Positions 28,925 through 39,742 of a stretch of DNA of 64,000 nucleotides are shown here, one piece after another; position 1 is the first letter of the stretch; each line of letters begins with the position of its first letter. Where the stretch lies: IMG/VR virus record IMGVR_UViG_3300008113_000108, positions 1 to 64,000 of that record. The stretch is one strand, 5' to 3'. Below the pieces are notes generated by a model. It did no database searches, was not told the DNA's origin, and saw nothing but the letters and a program-made list of their open reading frames with translations. Source of the DNA: a virus. The translations under genes were made by a program, and so were the position numbers.

Positions 28925-29745
28925 TGGCAAAACCAAGTAGTAGAGTACAATTAAAAGAATATTGTCTTCGTAAACTTGGAAAACCAGTGATTGAAGTCAA
29001 TGTGGATGATGATCAGATTGAAGATCTGATTGATGATACCATTCAGATTTATAATGAAAGAGCGTATGGTGGTATGGAAAGAATGTACCTCAAGTACAAA
29101 CTTACTCAAGAAGATGTTGATAATGGAAAGAAAAGAAACTTTACTACTACTCAAACTGATACCAACGATTCTGATAGTTTAAGAACTTTAAACTTTGAAG
29201 AAGGAAGAGGATATTTAACTGTTCCAGATCATATTATTGGCGTTCAAGGCATTTTTAAAGTATCAAATGCTTTCGTCAATAATATGTTTGGATTTAGATA
29301 TCAATTTTTCCTAAATGACTTTTATAATTTTTATTCATATGATATTATGAATTATTACATGGTCTTAACTTATCTTGAGACCTTAGATTTTATGTTGGAA
29401 GGAAATAAAGATATCAGATTTAATAAAGTTCAAAATAGACTTTACATAGATTTAGATTGGGGAATGCAAAGTGTTGATGACTTTATTGTTATTGATTGTT
29501 ATAGAGCATTAGATCCTAACACATTTACTAAATTATATAATGAAATGTGGGTTAAAAAATATTTAACTTCACTTATCAAAAAACAGTGGGGGCAGAACTT
29601 ATCAAAATTTGAAGGTATTCAAATGCCAGGTGGAGTAACTTTCAATGGTCGTCAATTATATGATGATGCAACAGGAGAATTAGATAAACTATACGAAGAG
29701 CTTCTAAGTACATATGAACTGCCTCCACTTGATATGGTAGGATAA
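28924..29745 (+). CDS. gp13: Neck protein gp13
   Basis: LKEYCLRKLGKPVIEVNV, KKQWGQNLSKF..MPGGVTFNG. Confidence 0.93.
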   Translation: MAKPSSRVQLKEYCLRKLGKPVIEVNVDDDQIEDLIDDTIQIYNERAYGGMERMYLKYKLTQEDVDNGKKRNFTTTQTDTNDSDSLRTLNFEEGRGYLTVPDHIIGVQGIFKVSNAFVNNMFGFRYQFFLNDFYNFYSYDIMNYYMVLTYLETLDFMLEGNKDIRFNKVQNRLYIDLDWGMQSVDDFIVIDCYRALDPNTFTKLYNEMWVKKYLTSLIKKQWGQNLSKFEGIQMPGGVTFNGRQLYDDATGELDKLYEELLSTYELPPLDMVG

Positions 29746-30842
29746 TGAAAAACGTTTATTTTTCACATGGGACATCATCAGAACAGAGACTCTATGAGGA
29801 TTTAATCATTGAGTCTCTGAAAATTTATGGTTTTGATGTGTATTATTTGCCAAGAGAATTTTCAGATGATGATAGATTATTCAGAGAAGATCCTCTTGCA
29901 TTATTTGATGAAAACTACATGATCGAAATGTATGTTTCCAACTATGAGGGATTTACTGGAGAAGGGACTTTATTAACTAAATTTGGAGTACGTATTGCAG
30001 AAGAGGCAACATTTATAATTTCAAAGAGAAGATGGGAAGATCTAATTTCATCATCAAATAATTTACTCACCAATGAAAGACCTAATGAAGGTGATGTAAT
30101 TTATTTTCCACTTACAAATCAACTATTTCAAATTAAATTTGTAGAGCACAATAAGCCATTTAGACAGCTAGGACAGATTGCAACTTATCAACTAGTCTGT
30201 GAAGTAATGGAAGATTCCAGTGAAAGATTTGAAACTGGAATTGATGAAATTGATAAAATCAGAAGGGATGAAGGATATTCTATCACATTCAAACTTACAG
30301 ATGGTCTCAAGCAAATTAATGTTCTCAGTGGAGGAACTGGTTATACTGCGTCTGGAACTACTGTAACTTTTGGTACTGTTAATGGAGCGACTGTTGCTCA
30401 AGCTGCTGCTACGGTTTCAGCAGGAGTAATCACAGGGATTAAAATTATTCAACCTGGATCTGGATATAATTCTGTTCCTGCAGTAATTATTGGTGGCGCT
30501 GGAAATGGTGCTACTGCACAAGCTGTATTAGCACCAAAAGGAACTTATAAATTTGAAGAAATTGTAACAGGTTCTAGAAGTGGAGCTAAAGGAAAAGTTA
30601 TAAGGTATGATGTAACAAATAAAGAACTTGAGCTTATAGATATAGTAGGAAAGTTTCAAGACGGAGAAACTCTAGTCGGAGGAACTAGTAATGCAGAGTG
30701 GGTAATCAATACCTTTAGCTCTATTGAAAATGAAAATGATGACTTCAACGAAAACAAATGGTTTGAAGATGAAGGTGATAAAATTATCGACTGGTCTGAA
30801 AGAAATCCATTCGGTGAATATTCAAATATGGGAGAATTTTAA
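29745..30842 (+). CDS. gp14: Neck protein gp14
   Basis: EQRLYEDLIIESLKIYG, RPNEGDVIYFP, ERNPFGE. Confidence 0.92.
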   Translation: MKNVYFSHGTSSEQRLYEDLIIESLKIYGFDVYYLPREFSDDDRLFREDPLALFDENYMIEMYVSNYEGFTGEGTLLTKFGVRIAEEATFIISKRRWEDLISSSNNLLTNERPNEGDVIYFPLTNQLFQIKFVEHNKPFRQLGQIATYQLVCEVMEDSSERFETGIDEIDKIRRDEGYSITFKLTDGLKQINVLSGGTGYTASGTTVTFGTVNGATVAQAAATVSAGVITGIKIIQPGSGYNSVPAVIIGGAGNGATAQAVLAPKGTYKFEEIVTGSRSGAKGKVIRYDVTNKELELIDIVGKFQDGETLVGGTSNAEWVINTFSSIENENDDFNENKWFEDEGDKIIDWSERNPFGEYSNMGEF

Positions 30843-31639
30843 TGTTAGGCACACACTTTTATAACGAATCAATTCGTAAAACAATTATTGGATTTGGCAC
30901 TTTATTCAATAATATAGAACTTAAAAGAAGAGATAAGGATGGAGTTGTTCAGCAATCCATCAAGGTTCCTTTTGCATACGGACCTACAGAAAAATTTCTA
31001 GCTAGAATAGACGCAGAACCAAATCTAGATAAAAGAAGGCCAACTCAAATTCAGTTACCTAGAATTTCATTTGAATTGAAAGGTATTTCATATGATCCTA
31101 CAAGAAAGTTAGGACCAACTCAGGTATGCAGAACTCCAAAAAATGGAGAGACTGAGATATCTTATTCACATTATATGCCAGTTCCTTATAATCTAGATTT
31201 TGAACTTGCTATCATCAGCAAAAATAATGATGATGCTGTTCAAATTTTAGAGCAAATTTTACCTTTCTTTCAACCATATTTTTCAATTACAATTAATATG
31301 GTTGCAGAAACAGACGAGAAGAAAGATATTCCAATTTTACTAAACAATGTAACTATTCAAGATGAGTATGAGGGAGATTTTAGAGTCAGAAGAACTATTA
31401 TTTACACTCTAACATTTACTGCAAAGTCATACATTTACGGACCAGTTACAACATCAGATGTAATTAAGAAGGTCAATGTTGATATTGGAACCGCAATTAA
31501 TGCCAACAGATATGTTACATATAGTGTAACTCCAAAAGCACTAGAAGATAATAATAATGATGGAATTATTAATGCATTAGATGACGCTCTAGTAGAACCA
31601 GACGATGACTTTGGATTTAATGAACTTTGGACTGAATAA
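30842..31639 (+). CDS. gp15: Tail sheath stabiliser/completion protein gp15
   Basis: FGTLFN, LPRISFE, PVPYN..QILEQILPFFQP. Confidence 0.93.
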   Translation: MLGTHFYNESIRKTIIGFGTLFNNIELKRRDKDGVVQQSIKVPFAYGPTEKFLARIDAEPNLDKRRPTQIQLPRISFELKGISYDPTRKLGPTQVCRTPKNGETEISYSHYMPVPYNLDFELAIISKNNDDAVQILEQILPFFQPYFSITINMVAETDEKKDIPILLNNVTIQDEYEGDFRVRRTIIYTLTFTAKSYIYGPVTTSDVIKKVNVDIGTAINANRYVTYSVTPKALEDNNNDGIINALDDALVEPDDDFGFNELWTE

Positions 31640-31641
31640 TT

Positions 31642-32058
31642 ATGTCAACATTCGATAAACTAGATGACGCTTTTAATATTGTCCCTCAAGATGCAGTTTC
31701 TGAAGCAGAGATTGTAAAACTTGAGAATGATTCAAAAGATATTGAAAAGGACTATGAATACAGCAGAGGACAATTATACAATTTAATTGAAAAGGGTCAG
31801 GAAGCAATTGACGGTATTATGGATGTAGCTAGAAATAGTGATCACCCAAGAGCATACGAAGTTGCATTTCAAGGCATCAAAAATATTGCTGACATGACTG
31901 ATAAATTAATTGATTTACAGAAAAAAATGAAGACAATTGAAGAAGATATTCCTTCACGAAAGGGTCCATCTACTGTAAATAATACAATGTTTATCGGAAG
32001 CACCGCAGAACTTCAAAAGTTTCTAAAGCAATCAAAAATAAATAATACAGAAGAATAG
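31642..32058 (+). CDS. gp16: Terminase small subunit gp16
   Basis: DYEYSR..L, HPRAYEV, FIGSTAELQK. Confidence 0.92.
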   Translation: MSTFDKLDDAFNIVPQDAVSEAEIVKLENDSKDIEKDYEYSRGQLYNLIEKGQEAIDGIMDVARNSDHPRAYEVAFQGIKNIADMTDKLIDLQKKMKTIEEDIPSRKGPSTVNNTMFIGSTAELQKFLKQSKINNTEE

Positions 32059-32068
32059 GAGTATCTTA

Positions 32069-32532
32069 ATGTCTGTTTTAAAAGTACTGCTGATGCATCT
32101 GATGCTATTCATGTAGCTTGGGGTGGAAATCCAACTGCTGTAGACGGAAATGATTTTCACATTCCAAAAGAACAGTCAGAAATAGTTAAATGTGCTACTC
32201 CAAAAAGAGTACAAATTATCTCTATTGATAAAGGTGCTGCAAATACTGTATTGAATCTAAACTTGGGTGGCGGCAGACCAGGACATCCATTTGTTGTTGG
32301 AGATTATGTAACACTAACTGGATCTTCTGTTGCAGCTTATAATACTGGAATTGCACATCTTGCCGTAACTGCAGTAACCGATACCAGCATTACAGTAGCA
32401 TTAGATTCATCTACATATGCAAATTTTACTGGAACTGCAACTCTAAATAATTCAATTAAATTCTCAGTAAAACCAGATGGTAATGGTGCTGCTGTTGGTC
32501 ATATTACTGAAGTTCAAATAGTAGGTGGATAA
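32069..32532 (+). CDS. Hypothetical virion-cluster protein with frame break near 32086
   Basis: AGGAG SD and ATG 32069 (MSVLKV, stops at 32114-32116); body TADASDAIHVAWGGNP...ITEVQIVGG is in the -1 frame. Confidence 0.6.
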
Positions 32533-33536
32533 TGGCTAAGCTGAGAGTTCCTACAGAAAAGGAAATCGCCAAAAAACATGGCGTTTCTGTTGACTATGTT
32601 ATTAGACAGGCAGAAATCGGATCTACCGTAGAAAGAGAGCACGTAACTACTCACGAAGAGGCTTATGGAATTGCTCTCCAACATATTGCTGAATTTCCTA
32701 ATTACTACAAGCATTTATTAAAGATGGAAAAGCAACTAAAATCTCAATGGAAAGATGGAAAAAAATCCGTCAAAGAAGAGAAAGAAGAAGTTCGTTATTG
32801 CCATCTTTGTGAAAAAGAAGAGACTAAATCTGAATGTTCATATGGCCCAAGCGCATGGGAAATGAATAGCAGGCAGTTAAAAATGAACGAAGATCATAAG
32901 GAAATTAATAGTGGAAAGATGAAAGACCATGAAGGTTACATGGCAAATCTTGAGATGGATCAAATGGAAAGATCCATTGCAATGCTTCGTAAAATTATTC
33001 GTAAATCTGATCATCAACTACCTGCTTGGGTTCAATCTAAAATTACAAGAGCTGCAGACTTTATTGATACAGCGGCAGAATATCTTTCTTCTGATGAAAA
33101 ATTAAGTGAGCAAAAATCTTTTTCGCAATTTATTAAAGAAGCTAATAATGTAAGTTTTGAGATTGGTTCTGGACATAGTGCTGCCAGAAGACAAGCAAAG
33201 ATTAGAAATCTCGCAAAAGGAACTACCAATCCAGGTGAAAAAGACGTAGCACAAAAAAAGCTAAAGGGTCCAAGTCTTCCAATGAAAGAAGGCGCTGCAT
33301 GGACTCGTAAAGAGGGTCAGAATAAAAAAGGTGGTCTTAACGAAAAAGGACGCAAATCATACGAGGCTCAAAACCCTGGAAGCGACCTCAAAGCACCTTC
33401 AAAGAAAGTTGGAAATCCTCGTAGAGCATCATTCTGTGCAAGAATGAAGGGCATGAAGAGTAAGCTAACTTCTTCTAAAACTGCCAACGATCCAAATTCA
33501 AGAATCAATAAATCATTAAGAGCCTGGAATTGTTAA
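32532..33536 (+). CDS. Multi-module head-internal-like protein (DUF5661-like N-terminus, DUF6321-like C-terminus)
   Basis: VEREH..IALQHIAEFPNYY; LPAWVQSKIT; AAWTRKEG..RRASFCARM..RINKSLRAWNC. Confidence 0.7.
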   Translation: MAKLRVPTEKEIAKKHGVSVDYVIRQAEIGSTVEREHVTTHEEAYGIALQHIAEFPNYYKHLLKMEKQLKSQWKDGKKSVKEEKEEVRYCHLCEKEETKSECSYGPSAWEMNSRQLKMNEDHKEINSGKMKDHEGYMANLEMDQMERSIAMLRKIIRKSDHQLPAWVQSKITRAADFIDTAAEYLSSDEKLSEQKSFSQFIKEANNVSFEIGSGHSAARRQAKIRNLAKGTTNPGEKDVAQKKLKGPSLPMKEGAAWTRKEGQNKKGGLNEKGRKSYEAQNPGSDLKAPSKKVGNPRRASFCARMKGMKSKLTSSKTANDPNSRINKSLRAWNC

Positions 33537-33553
33537 TTTTATAAACAAATATT

Positions 33554-35233
33554 ATGAGTGATAGATCTAGTTATAAGGGTAATCCCAACTTAAAACCTTC
33601 AAACGTTCAGATTCAATTTACTTCTGAACAACTAGAAGAATATTTAAAGTGCCAAGAAGATCCAATCTACTTCGCAAAAAAATATATCAAAATTGTTTCT
33701 CTTGATGAAGGTCTAGTCCCATTTAAAATGTGGGACTTTCAGGAAAAATTAATTAGCAATTTCCACCAGCACAGATTCAATATTGCAAAGCTTCCAAGAC
33801 AGACTGGAAAATCAACTACGGTTGTTTCTTATCTGTTACACTATGCTTTATTCAATCCCAACGTAAAAATCGCAATTCTTGCAAACAAAGCAGAGACTTC
33901 ACGGGAACTACTGTCTCGACTCCAGTTATCATATGAAAACCTACCTAAATGGCTACAGCAGGGCGTGGGTTCTTGGAACCGTGGATCTCTTGAGCTAGAG
34001 AACGGATCCAAGATTATTGCTGCTTCTACCTCATCATCTGCTGTCCGAGGGAACTCCTTCAACATCATTTTCCTTGACGAGTTTGCGTTTATTCCAAACC
34101 ATATTGCAGAACAGTTCTTTAGTTCTGTATACCCCACCATCTCGTCTGGTAAGACTACCAAAGTTATTATTATTTCCACTCCAAATGGAATGAATATGTT
34201 CTACAAGTTCTGGCATGACGCAGAACGAGGGAAGAACAGCTACACACCACTGGAAGTTAATTGGTGGGATGTTCCAGGAAGAGATCAGAAGTGGAAAGAA
34301 GAAACTATTGCAAACACTTCTCAACGACAGTTTGAGCAGGAATTTGAATGTACCTTCTTAGGATCTGTTGATACTTTAATCAACCCAAATAAACTTCGTA
34401 CTATGGTCTATGACGATCCATTGAAGCGAAGTGCTGGATTGGATGTGTATGAAGATGCTATAGAAGGACATGATTATGTAATGACTGTTGACGTTGCTAG
34501 AGGAGTTGGAAATGATTACTCAGCATTTACTGTAATGGATGTAACCACTATTCCATATAAACTAGTAGCTAAGTACAAAAATAATGAAATTAAACCTATT
34601 CTATTTCCAAATATTATTGATACAGTTGGAAGAAATTATAACAATGCTAATGTTCTAGTAGAAGTTAATGATATTGGTGGACAGGTCGCAGATATTCTTC
34701 AATTTGATCTGGAATACGACAATCTTCTCATGTGTGCTATGAAAGGTCGTGCAGGTCAAATTGTGGGAACTGGATTCTCCAACAAAGCACAGCTAGGAGT
34801 CAAAATGACCAAGGCTGTGAAAAAGTATGGTTGTGCTAACTTGAAAGCAATGATTGAAGATGATAAATTATTAATTCCTGATTACGATATTATTAGTGAA
34901 CTTACAACCTTTATTCAAAAAAGCGATACATTTTCGGCAGAAGAAGGTTGCAATGATGACTTGGCAATGTGTCTAGTTATTTTCTCTTGGCTATCAACTC
35001 AACCATATTTTAGAGAGTTAACTTCAAATGATGTTAGGAAAAGAATTTTTGAAGATCAAAGAGAAGCTATCGAGCAAGATATGGCTCCATTTGGTTTTAT
35101 ATTGGATGGCTTAACAGATTCAGAAACTACTTTTGTGGACAACAAAGGGGACTATTGGACAGCAGCAACTAGTAATAATAGCTGGAATGTTGATGAATAT
35201 GGGGATATGGCGTACATGTGGGAATATAAGTAG
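33554..35233 (+). CDS. gp17: Terminase large subunit gp17
   Basis: YKGNPNLK, PRQTGKST (Walker A), IFLDEFAF, DVARG, NDDLAM. Confidence 0.97.
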   Translation: MSDRSSYKGNPNLKPSNVQIQFTSEQLEEYLKCQEDPIYFAKKYIKIVSLDEGLVPFKMWDFQEKLISNFHQHRFNIAKLPRQTGKSTTVVSYLLHYALFNPNVKIAILANKAETSRELLSRLQLSYENLPKWLQQGVGSWNRGSLELENGSKIIAASTSSSAVRGNSFNIIFLDEFAFIPNHIAEQFFSSVYPTISSGKTTKVIIISTPNGMNMFYKFWHDAERGKNSYTPLEVNWWDVPGRDQKWKEETIANTSQRQFEQEFECTFLGSVDTLINPNKLRTMVYDDPLKRSAGLDVYEDAIEGHDYVMTVDVARGVGNDYSAFTVMDVTTIPYKLVAKYKNNEIKPILFPNIIDTVGRNYNNANVLVEVNDIGGQVADILQFDLEYDNLLMCAMKGRAGQIVGTGFSNKAQLGVKMTKAVKKYGCANLKAMIEDDKLLIPDYDIISELTTFIQKSDTFSAEEGCNDDLAMCLVIFSWLSTQPYFRELTSNDVRKRIFEDQREAIEQDMAPFGFILDGLTDSETTFVDNKGDYWTAATSNNSWNVDEYGDMAYMWEYK

Positions 35234-35292
35234 TTCAAAATATAAAGATAAATAAATAGTTTTGAGAAAAAAATCTCATAGAGGTAATAAAC

Positions 35293-37341
35293 ATGGCGTT
35301 TGCTTCACCTGGAGTATCTATTAAAGAAATTGATTTAACTCCAATTGTTAATGTATCTGATCAGAATATTGGTGCGGTTGTAATCGCTGCAGAAACTGGT
35401 CCTGTAGATACTGTAACTTTTGTATCTAGTGAAAGAGAGTTAGTTGATACATTTGGAAGACCAAATGAGTACAACTATGAGTCTTGGTTTGCAGCATCAA
35501 CAATCATCGAGTATGGCGGAATTGCTGCTGTTATTAGACCAACTAGCTCAAGCATCACTCTAAATTCATCTTCTGATGCTGGACTATCAAGCTTTATCAT
35601 CAAGAGCAAGTTTGAATATGACAATTTAGCTAGTGCTGTTCCAACACCACCATCTTTTAAGTTTGCTGGTAGAAGTGCTGGTTCAAAATTAAACTCACTC
35701 AAAGTAGTTGCAGTTGATCACGGTGCAGATCAAGTAATTAGTTATAGCGGAACCGATCCTTCAGTATCTGCAGGAGATGCAATTGTAATTAAAAAAGGTA
35801 GCACTACTGTAGGAACTGGTTGGGTTTATAAGTCAAACACTACAAATAATACTCTTCATATTATTTTAAGTGATAGTACAAAGAGAATTCCAACTTCAAA
35901 TGATCCAACCAATGGGTATCCAGCATATAGCATTACTGACAATGCAGGAACTCCAGTAACTTTAATTGCAGCTGGTGAAATTAGTGCAGCACCAGATAAT
36001 ACCTACTATGATACTCTAGAGTATGCTCCAGGTCAAAAGTGGAGAGATGTTGCTGCTCAGCCAGGAACATCTTCATCTGTAGCTTCAAAAGGCGGTAAGT
36101 TTGATGAAATGCACATTCTCGTTCTGGACGAGGATGGAATTATCACTGGAACACCAAATACAATTCTAGAGAAGTTTCTATTCGTTTCTAAGGCGAAAGA
36201 TGCTAGCACCCTAGATGGATCACTAGTATACTTCCATTCAGCTCTAGCAGAGAGATCAAAGTACGTATTCCCAGGATTTTCAACTGGTCTTGATTTCATC
36301 GGAAATTCTAAGGTAACTCTAGAGGGCGTAACTAATGCTGCTATCGGTGAAACAAACAGCTCAAATAAGGCATATTCACTAATCGTAAGCTCAGGAGCAC
36401 CAGTACTAGGATTTAGCCTAAGTGGTGGTCTAGATTACGATTTCGCAAACGATCCTGCAGACATCGAGATTGCAGTTACCAATGGATATGAGATCCTAAG
36501 AGACTCAGAGGCTTTCAACGACATTGACTTCCTAGTTCCAGGAAAAATTAGTGCAGATAGAGCAGTCAAGATTATTGACATTGCAGAATCAAGAAGAGAT
36601 TGCATGGCAGTAATTTCACCTAGAAGATCTGATGTAATCAACAGCTCAACCAATGCGGTTAAGACTGAGAACATCATCGACTTCTTCAGTGGTTTACCAA
36701 GCAGCTCATTTGCAATCTTCGATTCTGGTTACAAGTACATCTATGATAAGTTCAATGATACTTATCGTTATGTTCCTTGTGCTGCTGACGTAGCTGGTCT
36801 TTGCATTAATACCACAATTAATTCAGAGACTTGGTTCTCACCTGCTGGATACAACAGAGGAAACCTAAGAAATGCAACCAAACTTGCATATTCACCAAAG
36901 CAAGCAGAAAGAGACAGACTATACACAAATAGAATTAACCCAATCGTATCCTTCCCTGGCCAAGGAATTGTTCTATTCGGTGATAAGACTGCACTATCTT
37001 CTCCTAGTGCTTTCAACAGAATCAATGTTCGTAGACTATTCATTGAACTTGAGAAGAACATTGCTACTTTCTCCAAGTTCCAACTATTTGAAATTAACGA
37101 TGAAGTAACAAGAAGTTCATTTAAGGCTGCTGTTGAGCCTTATCTAAGAGGGGTTCAGGGAAGAAGAGGAATCTATGACTTCCTCGTTGTATGCGATGAG
37201 ACCAATAACTCTGCAGATGTGATTGATAGAAATGAGTTCAATGCTGAGATTTATATTAAGCCTGCTAGAAGTATTAACTTCATCACCATTACTTTTGTAG
37301 CCACAAGAACTGGCGTTTCCTTTGGCGAACTAACTCAGTAA
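35293..37341 (+). CDS. gp18: Tail sheath protein gp18
   Basis: SPGVSIKEIDLT, WFSPAGYNRG, FGDKT, FNRINVRRLF, IKPARSINFI; TAAATA at 35249 and 35253. Confidence 0.96.
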   Translation: MAFASPGVSIKEIDLTPIVNVSDQNIGAVVIAAETGPVDTVTFVSSERELVDTFGRPNEYNYESWFAASTIIEYGGIAAVIRPTSSSITLNSSSDAGLSSFIIKSKFEYDNLASAVPTPPSFKFAGRSAGSKLNSLKVVAVDHGADQVISYSGTDPSVSAGDAIVIKKGSTTVGTGWVYKSNTTNNTLHIILSDSTKRIPTSNDPTNGYPAYSITDNAGTPVTLIAAGEISAAPDNTYYDTLEYAPGQKWRDVAAQPGTSSSVASKGGKFDEMHILVLDEDGIITGTPNTILEKFLFVSKAKDASTLDGSLVYFHSALAERSKYVFPGFSTGLDFIGNSKVTLEGVTNAAIGETNSSNKAYSLIVSSGAPVLGFSLSGGLDYDFANDPADIEIAVTNGYEILRDSEAFNDIDFLVPGKISADRAVKIIDIAESRRDCMAVISPRRSDVINSSTNAVKTENIIDFFSGLPSSSFAIFDSGYKYIYDKFNDTYRYVPCAADVAGLCINTTINSETWFSPAGYNRGNLRNATKLAYSPKQAERDRLYTNRINPIVSFPGQGIVLFGDKTALSSPSAFNRINVRRLFIELEKNIATFSKFQLFEINDEVTRSSFKAAVEPYLRGVQGRRGIYDFLVVCDETNNSADVIDRNEFNAEIYIKPARSINFITITFVATRTGVSFGELTQ

Positions 37342-37373
37342 TTATTTTTTCGTAAACCATCTAGGAGAAAAAA

Positions 37374-38006
37374 ATGGCTAAAAGTATTTCAGATTTCAAA
37401 TCATATCTAAAGAAGGGTGGTGCAAGACCTAATCTATTCCTAGTTAGACTAAACTTCCCTTCTCAAATTAGTCAGATTGCAGATATCGGAACTATCACTT
37501 CTGCTACCAATTTGACTACTCAAGCAGAGTTCATGGTCAAAACTGCTCAGATTCCTGCATCAAACATTGGAACTATTGAAGTTCCTTTCCGTGGAAGGAT
37601 GCTCAAAGTTGCTGGCGACAGAACATTTGAGCCATGGTCAGTGACAGTTGTAAACGACGGTCAGTTCCAAATCCGCCAGGCATTTGAAGCATGGTCAAGA
37701 GGTATCAATGCTCTAACTGAAAACGTATCCCAACTAGGATATGGTGCAGATGGTGGAGCTTCATACTGTGTTGACATGACTGTATATCAACTCAGCAGAG
37801 ACGGTCAAACACCAAGCAGAACTCCTGCAAATCCAAACAATGTAGGTGTAGACGGCATGGAAGTAGTCCGTGCATATAAGTTCTACGATGCTTGGCCTTC
37901 ATCACTTTCTTCAATTGATCTCTCATTTGAAGCAAATGATCAGATCGAAGAGTTTACTGTTGAATTCCAGTACAACTTCTTTGAGACTACTAGCACCGCT
38001 CTTTGA
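37374..38006 (+). CDS. gp19: Tail tube protein gp19
   Basis: GGARPNLF, VPFRGRMLKVAGDRTFEPW, IEEFTVEFQY. Confidence 0.96.
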   Translation: MAKSISDFKSYLKKGGARPNLFLVRLNFPSQISQIADIGTITSATNLTTQAEFMVKTAQIPASNIGTIEVPFRGRMLKVAGDRTFEPWSVTVVNDGQFQIRQAFEAWSRGINALTENVSQLGYGADGGASYCVDMTVYQLSRDGQTPSRTPANPNNVGVDGMEVVRAYKFYDAWPSSLSSIDLSFEANDQIEEFTVEFQYNFFETTSTAL

Positions 38007-38040
38007 TAAGCTAAATACATAAAAGAGTTTTAGGATTATT

Positions 38041-39702
38041 ATGACCCAATTATTTGGTTTCTCTATTGAAGACAGAAAGAAGAAACCAGCAAAGGCGTTT
38101 TCGCCTGCGCCTCCTAATGATGATGATGGCACCTCGGTAGTTGCCGCAGGTGCCTATTTTGGTCAGTATCTAGATCTAGATGGAGTTGGCCAACACAATA
38201 ATGAATTTGAGCTGGTAAGGAAATATAGAGAAATTGCATTACACCCAGAAGTAGATAGCGCCATTGATGATATTATCAATGAAGCGATTAGTAGTGACTT
38301 GGACTATGCTCCAGTTACAGTAGAACTTTCTACTCTAGAAGCAAGTGATAAAATTAAAAAATCTATTAGAGAAGAATTTGGCAATATTTTAAGACTTTTA
38401 AATTTTGATAAAAAGTGCCATAATATTTTCCGCCGCTGGTATATCGACGGCAGATTATATTACCACAAAATTATTGATTTTGATAAGCCAAAAGAAGGCA
38501 TCAAAGAACTTAGGTACATTGACTCACTAAAAATCAAAAGAGTCCGAGAAATTAAACGACAGAAAAACGTAGACTCTCTCACTACGATGGAGGGTCAGAA
38601 ATATGATTATGGTGAGTTTATCGAGTATTATATTTACTTTCCAAGGGGCTACAAAGGTTCTGATGCAAACGGCATCAAGATTTCTAATGATGCTGTAACT
38701 TATGTTCCTTCTGGATTGTATGACCATAATAGAAATATGGTCCTAAGCTATCTGTATAAAGCAATTAAGTCTGTTAATCAGCTTAGAATGATTGAAGACT
38801 CACTTGTAATTTACAGACTTTCAAGAGCACCAGAGCGTCGTATTTTCTATATTGACGTAGGTAATCTTCCAAAGGTAAAAGCAGAACAGTATCTACGTGA
38901 AGTAATGGGTAGATACAGAAACAAACTCGTTTATGATTCTGCAACTGGAGAGATTCGTGATGATCGTAAGCATCTAAGTATGCTTGAGGACTTCTGGCTA
39001 CCACGTAGAGAAGGTGGTCGTGGAACAGAAATCACCACACTTCCTGGTGGACAGAACCTAGGAGAACTAGAAGACGTTAAGTATTTCCAGAAGAAACTTT
39101 ACAAGTCTCTCAACATTCCCCTTTCAAGACTAGAACAAGAGTCTTCATTCACTATCGGAAGAACTAACGAGATCACCAGAGACGAATTAAAATTTGCGAA
39201 ATTTGTTGGAAGACTTCGCAAGCGTTTCAGCGACATGTTCCATGATCTTCTTAGAACTCAGTTAATTCTAAAAGGAATTATTACTGCAGATGATTGGGAG
39301 GAAATGAAAGAATTTATTCAGTATGATTACATCTTTGATAATCATTTCACTGAACTAAAGAATTCAGAAATTCTCAATGACAGATTAAATATCGTCAATC
39401 AAGTAGAACCATATCTAGGAAAATATTTCTCTGTAGAATATGTTCGCAGACAAATCCTCAAGCAAACCGAGGGTGAAATTGAAGAGATTGATATTCAGAT
39501 CGAAAGAGAGAAGCAACTAGGAATTATTCAAGATCCAACCCAAATGATGATGGACCAGCAAGGGGCTCTTCCACCAGGACAAGATCAGCAAATGCAACCA
39601 GATGTTGCGGCATCTGGTGAAGCTGGTCCTGCTGGAGGTGGAGTTGACACGGACTTTAAAAATTATATCTCACCATCCGATTACGGAAGAGGTAAATTTT
39701 AA
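38041..39702 (+). CDS. gp20: Portal protein gp20
   Basis: RRWYIDGR, NQLRMIEDSLVIYRLSRAPERRIFYIDVGNLPK, EDFWLPRREGGRGTEI; TAAATA at 38012. Confidence 0.97.
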   Translation: MTQLFGFSIEDRKKKPAKAFSPAPPNDDDGTSVVAAGAYFGQYLDLDGVGQHNNEFELVRKYREIALHPEVDSAIDDIINEAISSDLDYAPVTVELSTLEASDKIKKSIREEFGNILRLLNFDKKCHNIFRRWYIDGRLYYHKIIDFDKPKEGIKELRYIDSLKIKRVREIKRQKNVDSLTTMEGQKYDYGEFIEYYIYFPRGYKGSDANGIKISNDAVTYVPSGLYDHNRNMVLSYLYKAIKSVNQLRMIEDSLVIYRLSRAPERRIFYIDVGNLPKVKAEQYLREVMGRYRNKLVYDSATGEIRDDRKHLSMLEDFWLPRREGGRGTEITTLPGGQNLGELEDVKYFQKKLYKSLNIPLSRLEQESSFTIGRTNEITRDELKFAKFVGRLRKRFSDMFHDLLRTQLILKGIITADDWEEMKEFIQYDYIFDNHFTELKNSEILNDRLNIVNQVEPYLGKYFSVEYVRRQILKQTEGEIEEIDIQIEREKQLGIIQDPTQMMMDQQGALPPGQDQQMQPDVAASGEAGPAGGGVDTDFKNYISPSDYGRGKF

Positions 39703-39742
39703 TAAATAGTTATTGTAATTTTAATATATTATTGGAGTTTTT

